Virus record (IMG/VR): IMGVR_UViG_3300031414_000009 | Coordinates: 64,001-128,000 of that record | Length of the DNA: 64,000 bases | DNA from: a virus | Direction: 5' to 3' (one strand) | Part shown: positions 8,724 to 17,570 of the stretch, piece by piece | Numbering within the stretch: the stretch's first letter is position 1 | How the letters are laid out: each line of letters opens with the position of its first letter | The notes under the pieces: generated by a model | What the model was told of the DNA's origin: nothing | Seen by the model: the letters and a program-made list of their open reading frames with translations, nothing else | Database searches by the model: none | Position numbers and translations under genes: made by a program

Positions 8724-9653
8724 TTATGCGTCGGATTCTTTGATGAACACGCCGTCGCTGTTCATGTAGCCTTTACGGTCTTTGATTTCGTGCCAGGCAT
8801 CTGACATACACTCGTCCACGGTGATATCGTAGACGTCGGCCAGATCGTACAGACAAAGCAGCGCGATTTCGATATCGTCTTTTGACAGACGTTCAGCCAT
8901 GCGACCACCATGCACAGCAAAGTTGCCCAGGACATTAACCATGGCCTTCATGTGCATCTGCAACAGCTCATGTGGGTCATCGCTCAGAGTAGTACCCTGA
9001 GTTTTAGCTACTTCGTCTTCAACGCGACGCAGGTGCACGCGGAGATCGCGCTTGGCAATACCCAACACGTTGGTCAGAACAACAATACTGTCGCCGATGC
9101 TATCAACGATCAGCGGAAGTTTGTTGCGGCAGATGCCGGAAGCCAGCTCACCGACTTCTTCGTAGTACTTAGAAATCTGACCGTTGATTTTACCACAAGT
9201 CAGGATCTTACGCTCGGTAGACCAACCCAATACCTTACCCACTACATCCAGAGTAGGGTAAAGGGTTTTAGTCTTTACCAGGTCGATTGAGACCAGATTG
9301 ATCAGCTCTTTCTTTCCGTTGCCGTAAGAGTTGGCAGTACCGCGAATGGCGAATTCACAACCATATGGCCGCGCCAGTAAAGCCGCAGGGAGTTGACCAA
9401 CGTCTACACACTTAACAGTAGCACCATCCTTTGTCAGCTCTACAGTTACGTCACCAAGCAACAGTTTAGACTTGACTGGCTCCAGTAGGAAACTGGCTTC
9501 ATCGGGACTATAACCAGACAGACGATCTTCGCCCCAACGTTGTTCGATAGGACGAGCGTTAAATTCAGCAACTGCCTTTTCCAGCGACTCTTTGGTATAC
9601 TGGTTGGTTAGGACCACTGGAAAATGGAAGTAACCTTTTTCATCTTGGGACAT
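8724..9653 (-). CDS. MazG-like NTP pyrophosphohydrolase with an extra N-terminal domain
   Basis: C-half W..ER...QISKYYEEVGELA...DSIGD and EIKDRKG...GVFIKE typical of phage MazG-like proteins; start moved to MSQDEK after AAGGA. Confidence 0.8.
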   Translation of the reverse strand: MSQDEKGYFHFPVVLTNQYTKESLEKAVAEFNARPIEQRWGEDRLSGYSPDEASFLLEPVKSKLLLGDVTVELTKDGATVKCVDVGQLPAALLARPYGCEFAIRGTANSYGNGKKELINLVSIDLVKTKTLYPTLDVVGKVLGWSTERKILTCGKINGQISKYYEEVGELASGICRNKLPLIVDSIGDSIVVLTNVLGIAKRDLRVHLRRVEDEVAKTQGTTLSDDPHELLQMHMKAMVNVLGNFAVHGGRMAERLSKDDIEIALLCLYDLADVYDITVDECMSDAWHEIKDRKGYMNSDGVFIKESDA

Positions 9654-9724
9654 ATTCAAATCCTTTAAACTTGGTTGGCGTGTCTGTTTTATCACGCGTT
9701 GGTTGGGTTGATCTACGACAGCGA

Positions 9725-10171
9725 TTAGTGGACCAGTTTCAGTGAAGGTTTAGCTTTAACCGGCACGTCCTCTTTAGACTGGCCGTTACCGAAGTTTTCA
9801 AACCAGGACTTAGCCGAAGCGTAGTCGCAGATAGGCTGACCGATACCGGTTTCACGACCATACATCGCAGCGATTTGTTGATAGGCCAGAACGATGCTGT
9901 GCTCTTTCCCACCGAAGCGACAATTGAAGGTAATGAACTCAGGTCCAAAATTAAGGTTACCTGTGGCAGTCGAGGACACGTTAAGAACAATCGTCGGTAG
10001 CCCGCCTTCTGCTGGTGCGGGGATGGTAAAACCTAACAACATCGGGTCGGTTACGACGTCAGCGTACAGCTGAACAAAGGGCGTGTCGAATTCGCTGATC
10101 CAGCGGTGCGAAGCTTCTGCAAAGTACGGCAGGAAGTTCGGAACAACGATTTCTTTCTGATTCTGGCTCAT
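9725..10171 (-). CDS. sspB: SspB-like ClpXP adaptor (stringent starvation protein B)
   Basis: IVLNVS..ATGNL...ITFNCRFGG...IAAMYGRETG core; C-terminal KPSLKLVH resembles the ClpX-binding tail of E. coli SspB (LRVVK). Confidence 0.9.
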   Translation of the reverse strand: MSQNQKEIVVPNFLPYFAEASHRWISEFDTPFVQLYADVVTDPMLLGFTIPAPAEGGLPTIVLNVSSTATGNLNFGPEFITFNCRFGGKEHSIVLAYQQIAAMYGRETGIGQPICDYASAKSWFENFGNGQSKEDVPVKAKPSLKLVH

Positions 10172-10225
10172 GTTTTGTATCCTTATATAAGTGTCAGATA
10201 ATGGTTCGGGGTTGTAATTTAAAAC

Positions 10226-10256
10226 GGCATAAAAGGGAAGGTTTTATCCCTCCCTT
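10226..10256 (-). terminator. Terminator hairpin with TTTTATGCC tail
   Basis: GGCATAAAA-GGGAAGG...CCCTCCC on the plus strand. Confidence 0.65.
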
Positions 10257-10270
10257 AAGTATTGTATACT

Positions 10271-10681
10271 CTAAATCTCACTGAACGTAGCGCTTGCCAT
10301 AACAAACACTTCGTTTGGTGGATACTTCAGTTCGTCGAGGTTTACACAGCGAAGCTCAACTGTGGCTAACTCCGGGCGCTCCTGTTTATAGATTTTATCC
10401 TTCACCTTACTGTAGATAAACTCTAACTGGAGCTTCTCGCCATATAACCCATCTGCGGTGACCTTAACCCGCACACAGCTCGTGACTGTGCCCACGTCGG
10501 TTTGTTCAACCGTCTCTTTTGGTCTGTCCACTTTCTCGACAGTATACTTAACAGCCGTACCGTCAACGTTCACACCGGTGACACTGCCAGACACGTATTT
10601 GCTGTGCAGTCCAATACCCATGAAAGCGTCAACCAACTTGATTGGCTGATTGATGTCTAATCTTACTTCACGCAGTGCCAT
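10271..10681 (-). CDS. Hypothetical protein
   Basis: Start moved to MALREV after GAGG RBS. Confidence 0.6.
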   Translation of the reverse strand: MALREVRLDINQPIKLVDAFMGIGLHSKYVSGSVTGVNVDGTAVKYTVEKVDRPKETVEQTDVGTVTSCVRVKVTADGLYGEKLQLEFIYSKVKDKIYKQERPELATVELRCVNLDELKYPPNEVFVMASATFSEI

Positions 10682-10754
10682 AGCCCTGTCCTCATTGTCT
10701 TCGTTCATAATATGAACTAACCCCATTTTAACCTACCCTGGTCGGAGTACACAA

Positions 10755-12767
10755 ATGCATGATTACCTGAGTAGATTGCTCGGGATGATAGACGTTAAAG
10801 AGGAAGGCAATAACGTCATTATTTCGGGTCTGCCAGGCGATGATATCGTTGCAGATATTTATCGCTACTGGCGCACAAGCAAAATTGCCTCCAATATGTT
10901 CAGCTTCCAGGGTAAGTCTAAAATCATACTTCCCAAGTTCTTCGCGCTTGAGTTTCTTTATATGCTCGATGAACTTCGTCGTTCTAATACTGGACGAACT
11001 TCTGCACGAACGCTAAATAACATTCGAAAAGAACTCATTGAGAAAACCTGGCTATCTGGCATCACTGCCGATAACGTGCCACGTTTCTTGAATCGCAGTC
11101 GTCTGGGTCTGTTCATCAAACAGCCATTAAAACATCAGAGGGAGTTCCTGGACTCCTATGAAGACATCACCCCACGTTACAATCTGAACGGGTATGTGGT
11201 GGCGATGGGCGTGGGTACAGGTAAAACACTTGCCTCTCTTTATCTTGCTGAATGTTTGGATGTCGATTGTATTATCATGATACCGCCGGCTCGTGCGGTG
11301 AAGACGGTCTGGATACCGACACTCAAAGATGAGTACAAAAAGCCCAACGATGTTTGGGTAGCGTCAGATGGTAAGCCGTTCCCTAACAAACCACCGCGTT
11401 ATAGCATCTTCCATTATGAGTCATTGGCATACTTGAAAGAGTGTATCAAGACCTTCCGTGGAAAACGTGTTGCTGTAATACTTGATGAGTCACATAACCT
11501 CAACGAGTTAACAGCTGAACGTACGCAGATGATGCTGAATGCTGTAGAGGGACTCAACCCAATCGCCACGCTATGGTGTTCGGCTACACCGATTAAGGCA
11601 CTGGGTTCAGAAATGATTCCAATGCTGCGCAGCTTTGACCCGCTGTTCACGCCAGATGTTGAAATGCGATTCAAGCAGATCTTCGGTAAGAACAGTTCCA
11701 AAGGGACCGACATCATTAACAACCGCATGGGTGTGGTTAGTTATAAAGTCGAAGTGGTTAAGTCTAAGCCTAGCTATAATGACGTACCTATCCAGATACC
11801 GAACCCGACGCCGTTCACGTTGGACCAGCTGAAAGACGATATGATTCGTTTCATTAAAGAGCGCATGAACTACTACAAGGCGAACTTTAAGCAATTCGAA
11901 GATATCTACAATCGGTCGCTGGTTATCCACCAACAGTCACTGCGTAGCAAAGAAGAGATGGAAAACTTCCGTACCTATAACGAATACGTCAACATCATTC
12001 GCAAGGGTTATGACCCAGCCACGATGGTCGATATGGCGGCATTCTGTAACAAGTACGAGCTGAACAAGATCATGCCTTCTCTCCCACAGCAGATGCGAGC
12101 TATATTCAAAGATAGTCGTTCTGTAATCAAGTATGTTGACTTGAAGGTACGTGGCGAGTGTTTGGGCAGGATTGTAGGGCGTCGTCGTACAGAGGCAGTT
12201 TTAGCCACTATACCACATGCCCGCATTCCTGAGATTGTTCGTGGTGCGCAGAAGAAGACGGTTATCTTCACCTCTTATATCGAGGGTGTGCAGATGGCTG
12301 AGTCAATCTGTCGGCAGGCTGGTCTTAAGCCATTGGTTGTTTACGGCGATACCAACAAGAATCTGAAGGCTATCACAGATCAGTTCTTGAACGACCCGAA
12401 TGCCAACCCACTGATTGCTACGTATCAGTCGCTGTCTACGGCGGTGCCGTTAACTTCGGCATCAACGATGATCGCACTGAACCTCCCATTCCGCGAGCAC
12501 GACTACCAACAGGCAGTTGGACGCATTGACCGTATCAACCAGGATACCCCAACAGAGATTATCAACATCATGCTGGATACTGGCAAGATGGAGAATATCA
12601 CTGGCCGTACAGTTGATATCTTGCGTTGGTCTAAAGACCAGGTCGATCAGATCATGGGTGAGAAAGCAGGTTACACGGTTGAGCTGGCAATGGAATCTTT
12701 CGGCTACAACAACGTTACCGAAAATATCTACGGCATCCAACGTCCGTACTTCGCTGTCGCTGCATAA
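10755..12767 (+). CDS. SNF2/SF2-type helicase, probably virion-associated as in phiKZ-like phages
   Basis: Motif I MGVGTGKT, motif II ILDESH, motif III SATP, motif VI QAVGRIDR. Confidence 0.9.
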   Translation: MHDYLSRLLGMIDVKEEGNNVIISGLPGDDIVADIYRYWRTSKIASNMFSFQGKSKIILPKFFALEFLYMLDELRRSNTGRTSARTLNNIRKELIEKTWLSGITADNVPRFLNRSRLGLFIKQPLKHQREFLDSYEDITPRYNLNGYVVAMGVGTGKTLASLYLAECLDVDCIIMIPPARAVKTVWIPTLKDEYKKPNDVWVASDGKPFPNKPPRYSIFHYESLAYLKECIKTFRGKRVAVILDESHNLNELTAERTQMMLNAVEGLNPIATLWCSATPIKALGSEMIPMLRSFDPLFTPDVEMRFKQIFGKNSSKGTDIINNRMGVVSYKVEVVKSKPSYNDVPIQIPNPTPFTLDQLKDDMIRFIKERMNYYKANFKQFEDIYNRSLVIHQQSLRSKEEMENFRTYNEYVNIIRKGYDPATMVDMAAFCNKYELNKIMPSLPQQMRAIFKDSRSVIKYVDLKVRGECLGRIVGRRRTEAVLATIPHARIPEIVRGAQKKTVIFTSYIEGVQMAESICRQAGLKPLVVYGDTNKNLKAITDQFLNDPNANPLIATYQSLSTAVPLTSASTMIALNLPFREHDYQQAVGRIDRINQDTPTEIINIMLDTGKMENITGRTVDILRWSKDQVDQIMGEKAGYTVELAMESFGYNNVTENIYGIQRPYFAVAA

Positions 12768-12823
12768 AAAAAAATAAACTCAAGTGCTCCTCTACCCGTT
12801 GGGGTAGAGGAGTCTTTTATGCC
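12766..12823. terminator. Bidirectional terminator cassette (A-run, hairpin, TTTTATGCC)
   Basis: CTCCTCTACCC-GTTG-GGGTAGAGGAG between convergent genes. Confidence 0.85.
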
Positions 12824-13404
12824 ATCTTTGCCAGAGCGTCAAAGGTTTCGTGTTTACTCACCAGACGAGTTTTCTTGCTATAGGTAATGCTCTTAGCACT
12901 AGGGCGTGAAAGCACTTCGAAGATTACCCGTCCTTGTATCTTGAGGTATGCCTTATTTTTGCCGAACAAGGAAACATCTAACTCGCGAGCAATAAGGACA
13001 TTACCCATGCGGAGAGTGAATAGCTCCACTTCGCCGTCGCTGATGCGAAGGTCGTCCTCTGGTTTGGTAATCAGTTTGAGGCGGTAGATGTTCTTACGAG
13101 TTGCGCGACCTTTCCCACACCCGAGGTGTACCATGCGGGAAATAGCATCACAGACCAACTTGCGAGAAAGCGGATAAAGATCACCGTGATAATAGATACC
13201 TAACAGCTGTGTCAGCTCTCCCTGCGGATTAAAAACCATGAGTCCGTCAAAGTCAGCAATCTGGTGCATGTCGCCTGTTATGCTGATGATTGGTCTTTCT
13301 CGACTATAGATGGTAGCGGTAACTACTTCACCATGTTTACCGATACAGCCGTAGATAGACATAGCGCCATCTTTAGCGAAGAACGTTTTGTCTGTATTTT
13401 GCAT
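12817..13404 (-). CDS. Hypothetical protein
   Basis: 195 aa ORF, AAGGA RBS. Confidence 0.7.
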   Translation of the reverse strand: MQNTDKTFFAKDGAMSIYGCIGKHGEVVTATIYSRERPIISITGDMHQIADFDGLMVFNPQGELTQLLGIYYHGDLYPLSRKLVCDAISRMVHLGCGKGRATRKNIYRLKLITKPEDDLRISDGEVELFTLRMGNVLIARELDVSLFGKNKAYLKIQGRVIFEVLSRPSAKSITYSKKTRLVSKHETFDALAKMA

Positions 13405-13421
13405 TTCTTTTCCTTATATGG

Positions 13422-13455
13422 GGCATAAAGCGAGGAGCAGTGGCCACTGCTCCTC
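13422..13455 (-). terminator. Terminator hairpin with TTTATGCC tail
   Basis: GAGGAGCAGTG-GC-CACTGCTCCTC downstream of the transglycosylase gene. Confidence 0.8.
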
Positions 13456-13461
13456 TTGGTA

Positions 13462-14175
13462 TTAATTGTAACGGACGTTTTGAGTTGAGTAGTTGTAGGC
13501 GTAATCGTAAGTCATCAATGCACGGGCGCGTGCCTCAGACCCAAATGTAGTTTTGGGCGCATTCATCATTGATGTCATCTTGGCTTTAAACTGAGCGACA
13601 GTTAATGCCTTACCATTACGATAAAAGTGATTGCGATTATGCTTAGCCTGCATCGGCGTGACGTCACGCGCGAGTCTATTGTTTTTGGCCTTAAGCATGT
13701 TCAGTGCGCCGCCTATCCCAAGGAAGTGCGCAATGTATACCTCTGATGGTGAAACGTTTCGGTGTAATCGAGCGGTAAGAATTCCACGATTCTTCTTCCA
13801 CAATTCAGCACTCATTAACGCGTTAGCCATCGGGTTGGACATTTTGGTATTCCGGCTCAGGCCGTACTTAGGTCCAAACTCTTTGAGCATAGCGCGCCAG
13901 GTGGCTGGTTCAAACTGAAATAATCCTCGCTTGGTGTCGCCTTTGAATTTTGATTCAATAAAAGCAACAGCAGCCATGTTGGATGGATCTACTTTAGCTT
14001 TGACGCTTGCCTTTACGATAACGGCCTGATGCTTAGACCAGTTAGCGTAATGTGGGTTGGCAGTTGACACAGATGCCTGTGCGTGAGATTGTAAAAGCAT
14101 GAGTGCTGCAAAGACAAGCACGATGTAGGCAAAGAAGCCTACGCCCATTCTTTTACAGAAGTTAGTGGTTTTCAT
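13462..14175 (-). CDS. Lytic transglycosylase (SLT, phiKZ gp144-type catalytic domain) with signal/TM segment
   Basis: Catalytic IES motif, GLFQF...TW, YIAHFLG.GGA; hydrophobic N-terminus ending AQA. Confidence 0.85.
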   Translation of the reverse strand: MKTTNFCKRMGVGFFAYIVLVFAALMLLQSHAQASVSTANPHYANWSKHQAVIVKASVKAKVDPSNMAAVAFIESKFKGDTKRGLFQFEPATWRAMLKEFGPKYGLSRNTKMSNPMANALMSAELWKKNRGILTARLHRNVSPSEVYIAHFLGIGGALNMLKAKNNRLARDVTPMQAKHNRNHFYRNGKALTVAQFKAKMTSMMNAPKTTFGSEARARALMTYDYAYNYSTQNVRYN

Positions 14176-14287
14176 TTTCAGATGTTCCTTAGCGTTTTCG
14201 GCCCAGCGAAGGCCATGCGTTCAGGTTAGCAGGATTGCTGTGTATGTGTCGCTTACGTTTTATCCTTATTTACGACATTTAAGTTAT

Positions 14288-14869
14288 CTATACGATGGGG
14301 TCGAAGTGTACTTTATTACCAGGGGATGCTAAGACTCGTTTGTAGAGTCGAGTAAGAATCTCCTGGACACCGTCGCCTTCCCAATCAATGTTTGTCTTCT
14401 TAGAACGAGACATTGTCAACTCACCCTGACAACTACGTACAAGCGGGTGCTTTGCATACAATGTATACCAACTTTCGTGCTTTCTTACCTCCAGCGTAGA
14501 TGAGAAATACGCTACAATCGGTCGTTCGCCCACCGTACCATACGAGTCGTGGTACCAGGTTGAAACCGCAAATGCGATGTTCTCTAACTTAAGGTCGCAT
14601 GGGTTAACCTGAAACAACCACACGCTAGCATAGCGAGTAGGCGTTATCTTCATTAGTAGCCAACCAACAGGTTTCTGGAAACTAACCAGCGTTTCACTTG
14701 CAAAGAATGCGAGTCCACCGTCCACGTAGATACTAAAGTCCTTAACGTGGATAGTGCGTGGTCTGCGGTTTCTGCTGATAGATACTCGACTGGAGTACTT
14801 AGCCCGCTTAGACAGACTGGAAGAACTGAAGTCCCATTTAGATTTCAACTCAACTAAATCACGGTGCAT
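14288..14869 (-). CDS. Hypothetical early protein
   Basis: 193 aa ORF behind an early-promoter motif, AGGA RBS. Confidence 0.7.
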   Translation of the reverse strand: MHRDLVELKSKWDFSSSSLSKRAKYSSRVSISRNRRPRTIHVKDFSIYVDGGLAFFASETLVSFQKPVGWLLMKITPTRYASVWLFQVNPCDLKLENIAFAVSTWYHDSYGTVGERPIVAYFSSTLEVRKHESWYTLYAKHPLVRSCQGELTMSRSKKTNIDWEGDGVQEILTRLYKRVLASPGNKVHFDPIV

Positions 14870-14903
14870 GTTTTTGTTCCTTTTAAGATAGTCTTACGTA
14901 AAG

Positions 14904-14920
14904 ATAATGTATATCTAAAA
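14904..14920 (-). promoter_or_regulatory. Early (virion RNAP-type) promoter motif
   Basis: Minus strand TTTTAGATATACATTAT; one of nine similar sites. Confidence 0.65.
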
Positions 14921-14927
14921 ATTAGAT

Positions 14928-14958
14928 GGCATAAAACCCACCCCCGAAGGAGTGGGTT
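14928..14958 (-). terminator. Terminator hairpin with TTTTATGCC tail
   Basis: Minus strand AACCCACTCC-TTCG-GGGGTGGGTT-TTATGCC. Confidence 0.8.
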
Positions 14959-14962
14959 AGTC

Positions 14963-16486
14963 TTATTTGGTATACAGCTGCAACCAGCGACCCACGTCAC
15001 GCAGATAATGGCAGAACATAAACAGCGGTGAATACGCAAAGTCATTCGCGGTGTCCGGACGAGACTGGAAATAGAACTCATCGTACAGCTCTTCGCCGTA
15101 TTTTGAGTCGTAGCCAAATTCGTCATTTTCCCATACACCAGAATCGCAGCCAGAACCCATCATTGGGATGAGGTCATGCAGTTTGCTGTATTCGTTGGCG
15201 AAGTCCAGTAATGCCTTACCGGCCGCCACAACGTCGTCTTCTGAAAGCTCAGGTACGTCAGGTGCTTCTTTGTACGTAACCTTGATTTCTTCTACGGCAT
15301 TGAACTTAGCCTTAGGGTTATAGCGTAACACGTAGCCACCCATCAGTTCGTCACTGGTGAAGTTGGCTTTGAACGGATACGGAAGACGCTGTGCTTTTGC
15401 TAAAGTGTCTTTAGCCACAGCCTCGGCATCTTCACCCTTCTCGATACGTTTCTGTGCGTCTTCTTCCAGATCGCTCAGACCCTGGCCGTATGCTTTACAC
15501 GCAGGCAGGATAGTTTCGAGTAGCTTACGAATTCGAGACAGCGCTTCAGTGACGCCCTGTGCTGGAGGAAGAACCTTACCGTCCACAGAAAGACGACATG
15601 CCAGCTCTTTATCGATAGCCTTGCTCAGCGGATGGTAGTTGTGTTTAACCCAACCCGGATTGGCAAAGGTCTTTTCGATCTCTTTGCGTTGCTCTTGTGC
15701 CCAGCGAGAATCAGTAAGTTTCTTACCGTCTTTCTCGTCACCTGGTGAGGGTTTGTTATAACCCTTGAACATCGCTACGATACCGTCGAAGATACCTTCC
15801 TGGGACACTGAGAATGACTCAGTCGAAGGTTGGGTGTTAACAGTACCGGTATTTCCTGTGGCTGGGGAAGTCCCTGGTTCAGCTTGTGCTGGTTGTGAGA
15901 ACTCTGCTGCGCGTTCTTCCTGCACTGCGCTAACCAAACCCGCCGCTGTGACCGGTGCCTGTTTCTGTCCATCGGCTGGCTTCTCTTCCTGCTCGACTGC
16001 CTTACGCACGAGTTCCTGGGTGTCCAGTAACTTACCGTCAGGCGTTTTATCGTTAAAGCGATTGAACCAGTCAATCGTTTCTTCCATGCTCAGCAGAACA
16101 GTTGCATTGTTACGCTCAAGAAGACGCTTAGCGGAAACAATGGAACTCCACTGTTGTTCACTAAAGGCTTTGTCTTCGAAGCTTGGTAGGAATGCCACCA
16201 CAACCGTTTTCTCAGAGCGGATCGCGTCTTCAGTCATCTCGAGGAAACTGTAGCAACCTTCCTGATACGGCGTAATAGCATAAAGGATAACGTCCGCTTC
16301 TTCGCGAACAGCCAGCTCGGTTTCCTTGGCTTCCTCAGTCCACTCACTTACGATCGGATTGAACCAACGGAAACTTTGTCCTACTTGCTGGCAGAGACGC
16401 TCACGCCACTTCGGACCAGTGCTCGTGCCGCCCATAAAGACGACTGGAGCATTGCCTTCAGCAGCAAGTGCTTCACGAATACCCAT
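14963..16486 (-). CDS. Fusion of a nucleoside 2-deoxyribosyltransferase-like domain, a linker and a probable internal head protein domain
   Basis: N-terminal VVFMGGT...WRE...FNP...ADVILYAITP...SFLE; Q/A/P/T-rich linker; STE/SQE-GIFDGI resembles prohead-protease sites of phiKZ-like head proteins. Confidence 0.7.
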   Translation of the reverse strand: MGIREALAAEGNAPVVFMGGTSTGPKWRERLCQQVGQSFRWFNPIVSEWTEEAKETELAVREEADVILYAITPYQEGCYSFLEMTEDAIRSEKTVVVAFLPSFEDKAFSEQQWSSIVSAKRLLERNNATVLLSMEETIDWFNRFNDKTPDGKLLDTQELVRKAVEQEEKPADGQKQAPVTAAGLVSAVQEERAAEFSQPAQAEPGTSPATGNTGTVNTQPSTESFSVSQEGIFDGIVAMFKGYNKPSPGDEKDGKKLTDSRWAQEQRKEIEKTFANPGWVKHNYHPLSKAIDKELACRLSVDGKVLPPAQGVTEALSRIRKLLETILPACKAYGQGLSDLEEDAQKRIEKGEDAEAVAKDTLAKAQRLPYPFKANFTSDELMGGYVLRYNPKAKFNAVEEIKVTYKEAPDVPELSEDDVVAAGKALLDFANEYSKLHDLIPMMGSGCDSGVWENDEFGYDSKYGEELYDEFYFQSRPDTANDFAYSPLFMFCHYLRDVGRWLQLYTK

Positions 16487-16526
16487 TACAAACTCCTTAA
16501 CGGCGGGCTTTCACCCGCCTCAGTTT

Positions 16527-17525
16527 TTACATAAAGAAACCGTCGTCAGTGGCCTGGTCTTTCTCGTCGATAATGCTGCGGTTGTCTTTACGAGCAGCGC
16601 GGCGCTTTTCGACTTCTTCGAGCTTGCCTTTGACCATGTCAGCAATAGCCGGGATCGCCTGAACGCTCACTACAAAGTGATAGCTCTGATAATCGCGACC
16701 ATCTTTCGGATGATAACCGACGGTGCTATAGTCTGGCATTACGCCACCCAGAGTTTCAGCCGCATTGCTGATAACAGATGCGATTGAAATTGGATCAGCC
16801 ACAGAAGAAAGCTGCGATGCGTCGGTAACGACTTCAAGCAGTGCCAGCTGTGGTTTAACGTTGATGCCTGGGATACGATCAGGGCGCAGGAAGTTCAGGA
16901 TGTCTGCGGTGTCCAGCTCGGTAATGCGCGGGCCACACATAACACTGACAGCAGCAATGATTGCTTTTACTTTAGCATCCACCGCAGCACGTTCTGAGTT
17001 ATCACCATTGTCTTCGTAGGCAACCGGAATGAACATCCCGTTAGAACGAGCTTTGCCGTCCAGCGTCTTTAACGCATCCAGGGTGTTCTTAACGGTCAGC
17101 GCATTTTCGCTACTGCCGACAACGATACCAATCGCACGCTCGCCGCGTTTGATCAGCTCCATCAGTACGTTAGTACCTTCGGTGTTACCGGAACCACCAG
17201 ACAGAGAGAAGGCAACGATGTTCATTGCTTCCGGCGGCATGTTCAACAAAATCTGATTTGTTGAGTTATCTGCGGTAAATGCTTTGTGGGACTCAATGCG
17301 CAGTTTACCTGCACCGTCCATACCTGGAACGACATACACGTCTTCGTCACGTTCGTCACCGCGCAGGTTAGCGGTTTTACTGGTGTCGACGTAACCCACC
17401 TTAATTTCCGGCAGATTAGTGGCTTCGATCAGTTCTTTGTTTTCTGGCAGCGACAGATCCCATGGGCGAGTGGTGTTAATACCAAAACCGCCAACCCCAT
17501 AGATACGTACAGATCCTAAACTCAT
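16527..17525 (-). CDS. phuZ: PhuZ tubulin/FtsZ-family spindle protein
   Basis: GVGGFGIN, DGAGKLR, tubulin signature SLSGGSG, ELDTADI, acidic tail IIDEKDQATDDGFFM; start moved to MSLGSV after GAGG. Confidence 0.92.
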   Translation of the reverse strand: MSLGSVRIYGVGGFGINTTRPWDLSLPENKELIEATNLPEIKVGYVDTSKTANLRGDERDEDVYVVPGMDGAGKLRIESHKAFTADNSTNQILLNMPPEAMNIVAFSLSGGSGNTEGTNVLMELIKRGERAIGIVVGSSENALTVKNTLDALKTLDGKARSNGMFIPVAYEDNGDNSERAAVDAKVKAIIAAVSVMCGPRITELDTADILNFLRPDRIPGINVKPQLALLEVVTDASQLSSVADPISIASVISNAAETLGGVMPDYSTVGYHPKDGRDYQSYHFVVSVQAIPAIADMVKGKLEEVEKRRAARKDNRSIIDEKDQATDDGFFM

Positions 17526-17570
17526 TGTAAGCCTCATTTTTGTAAAATAGTCCATACCATTGGAGGTTGT

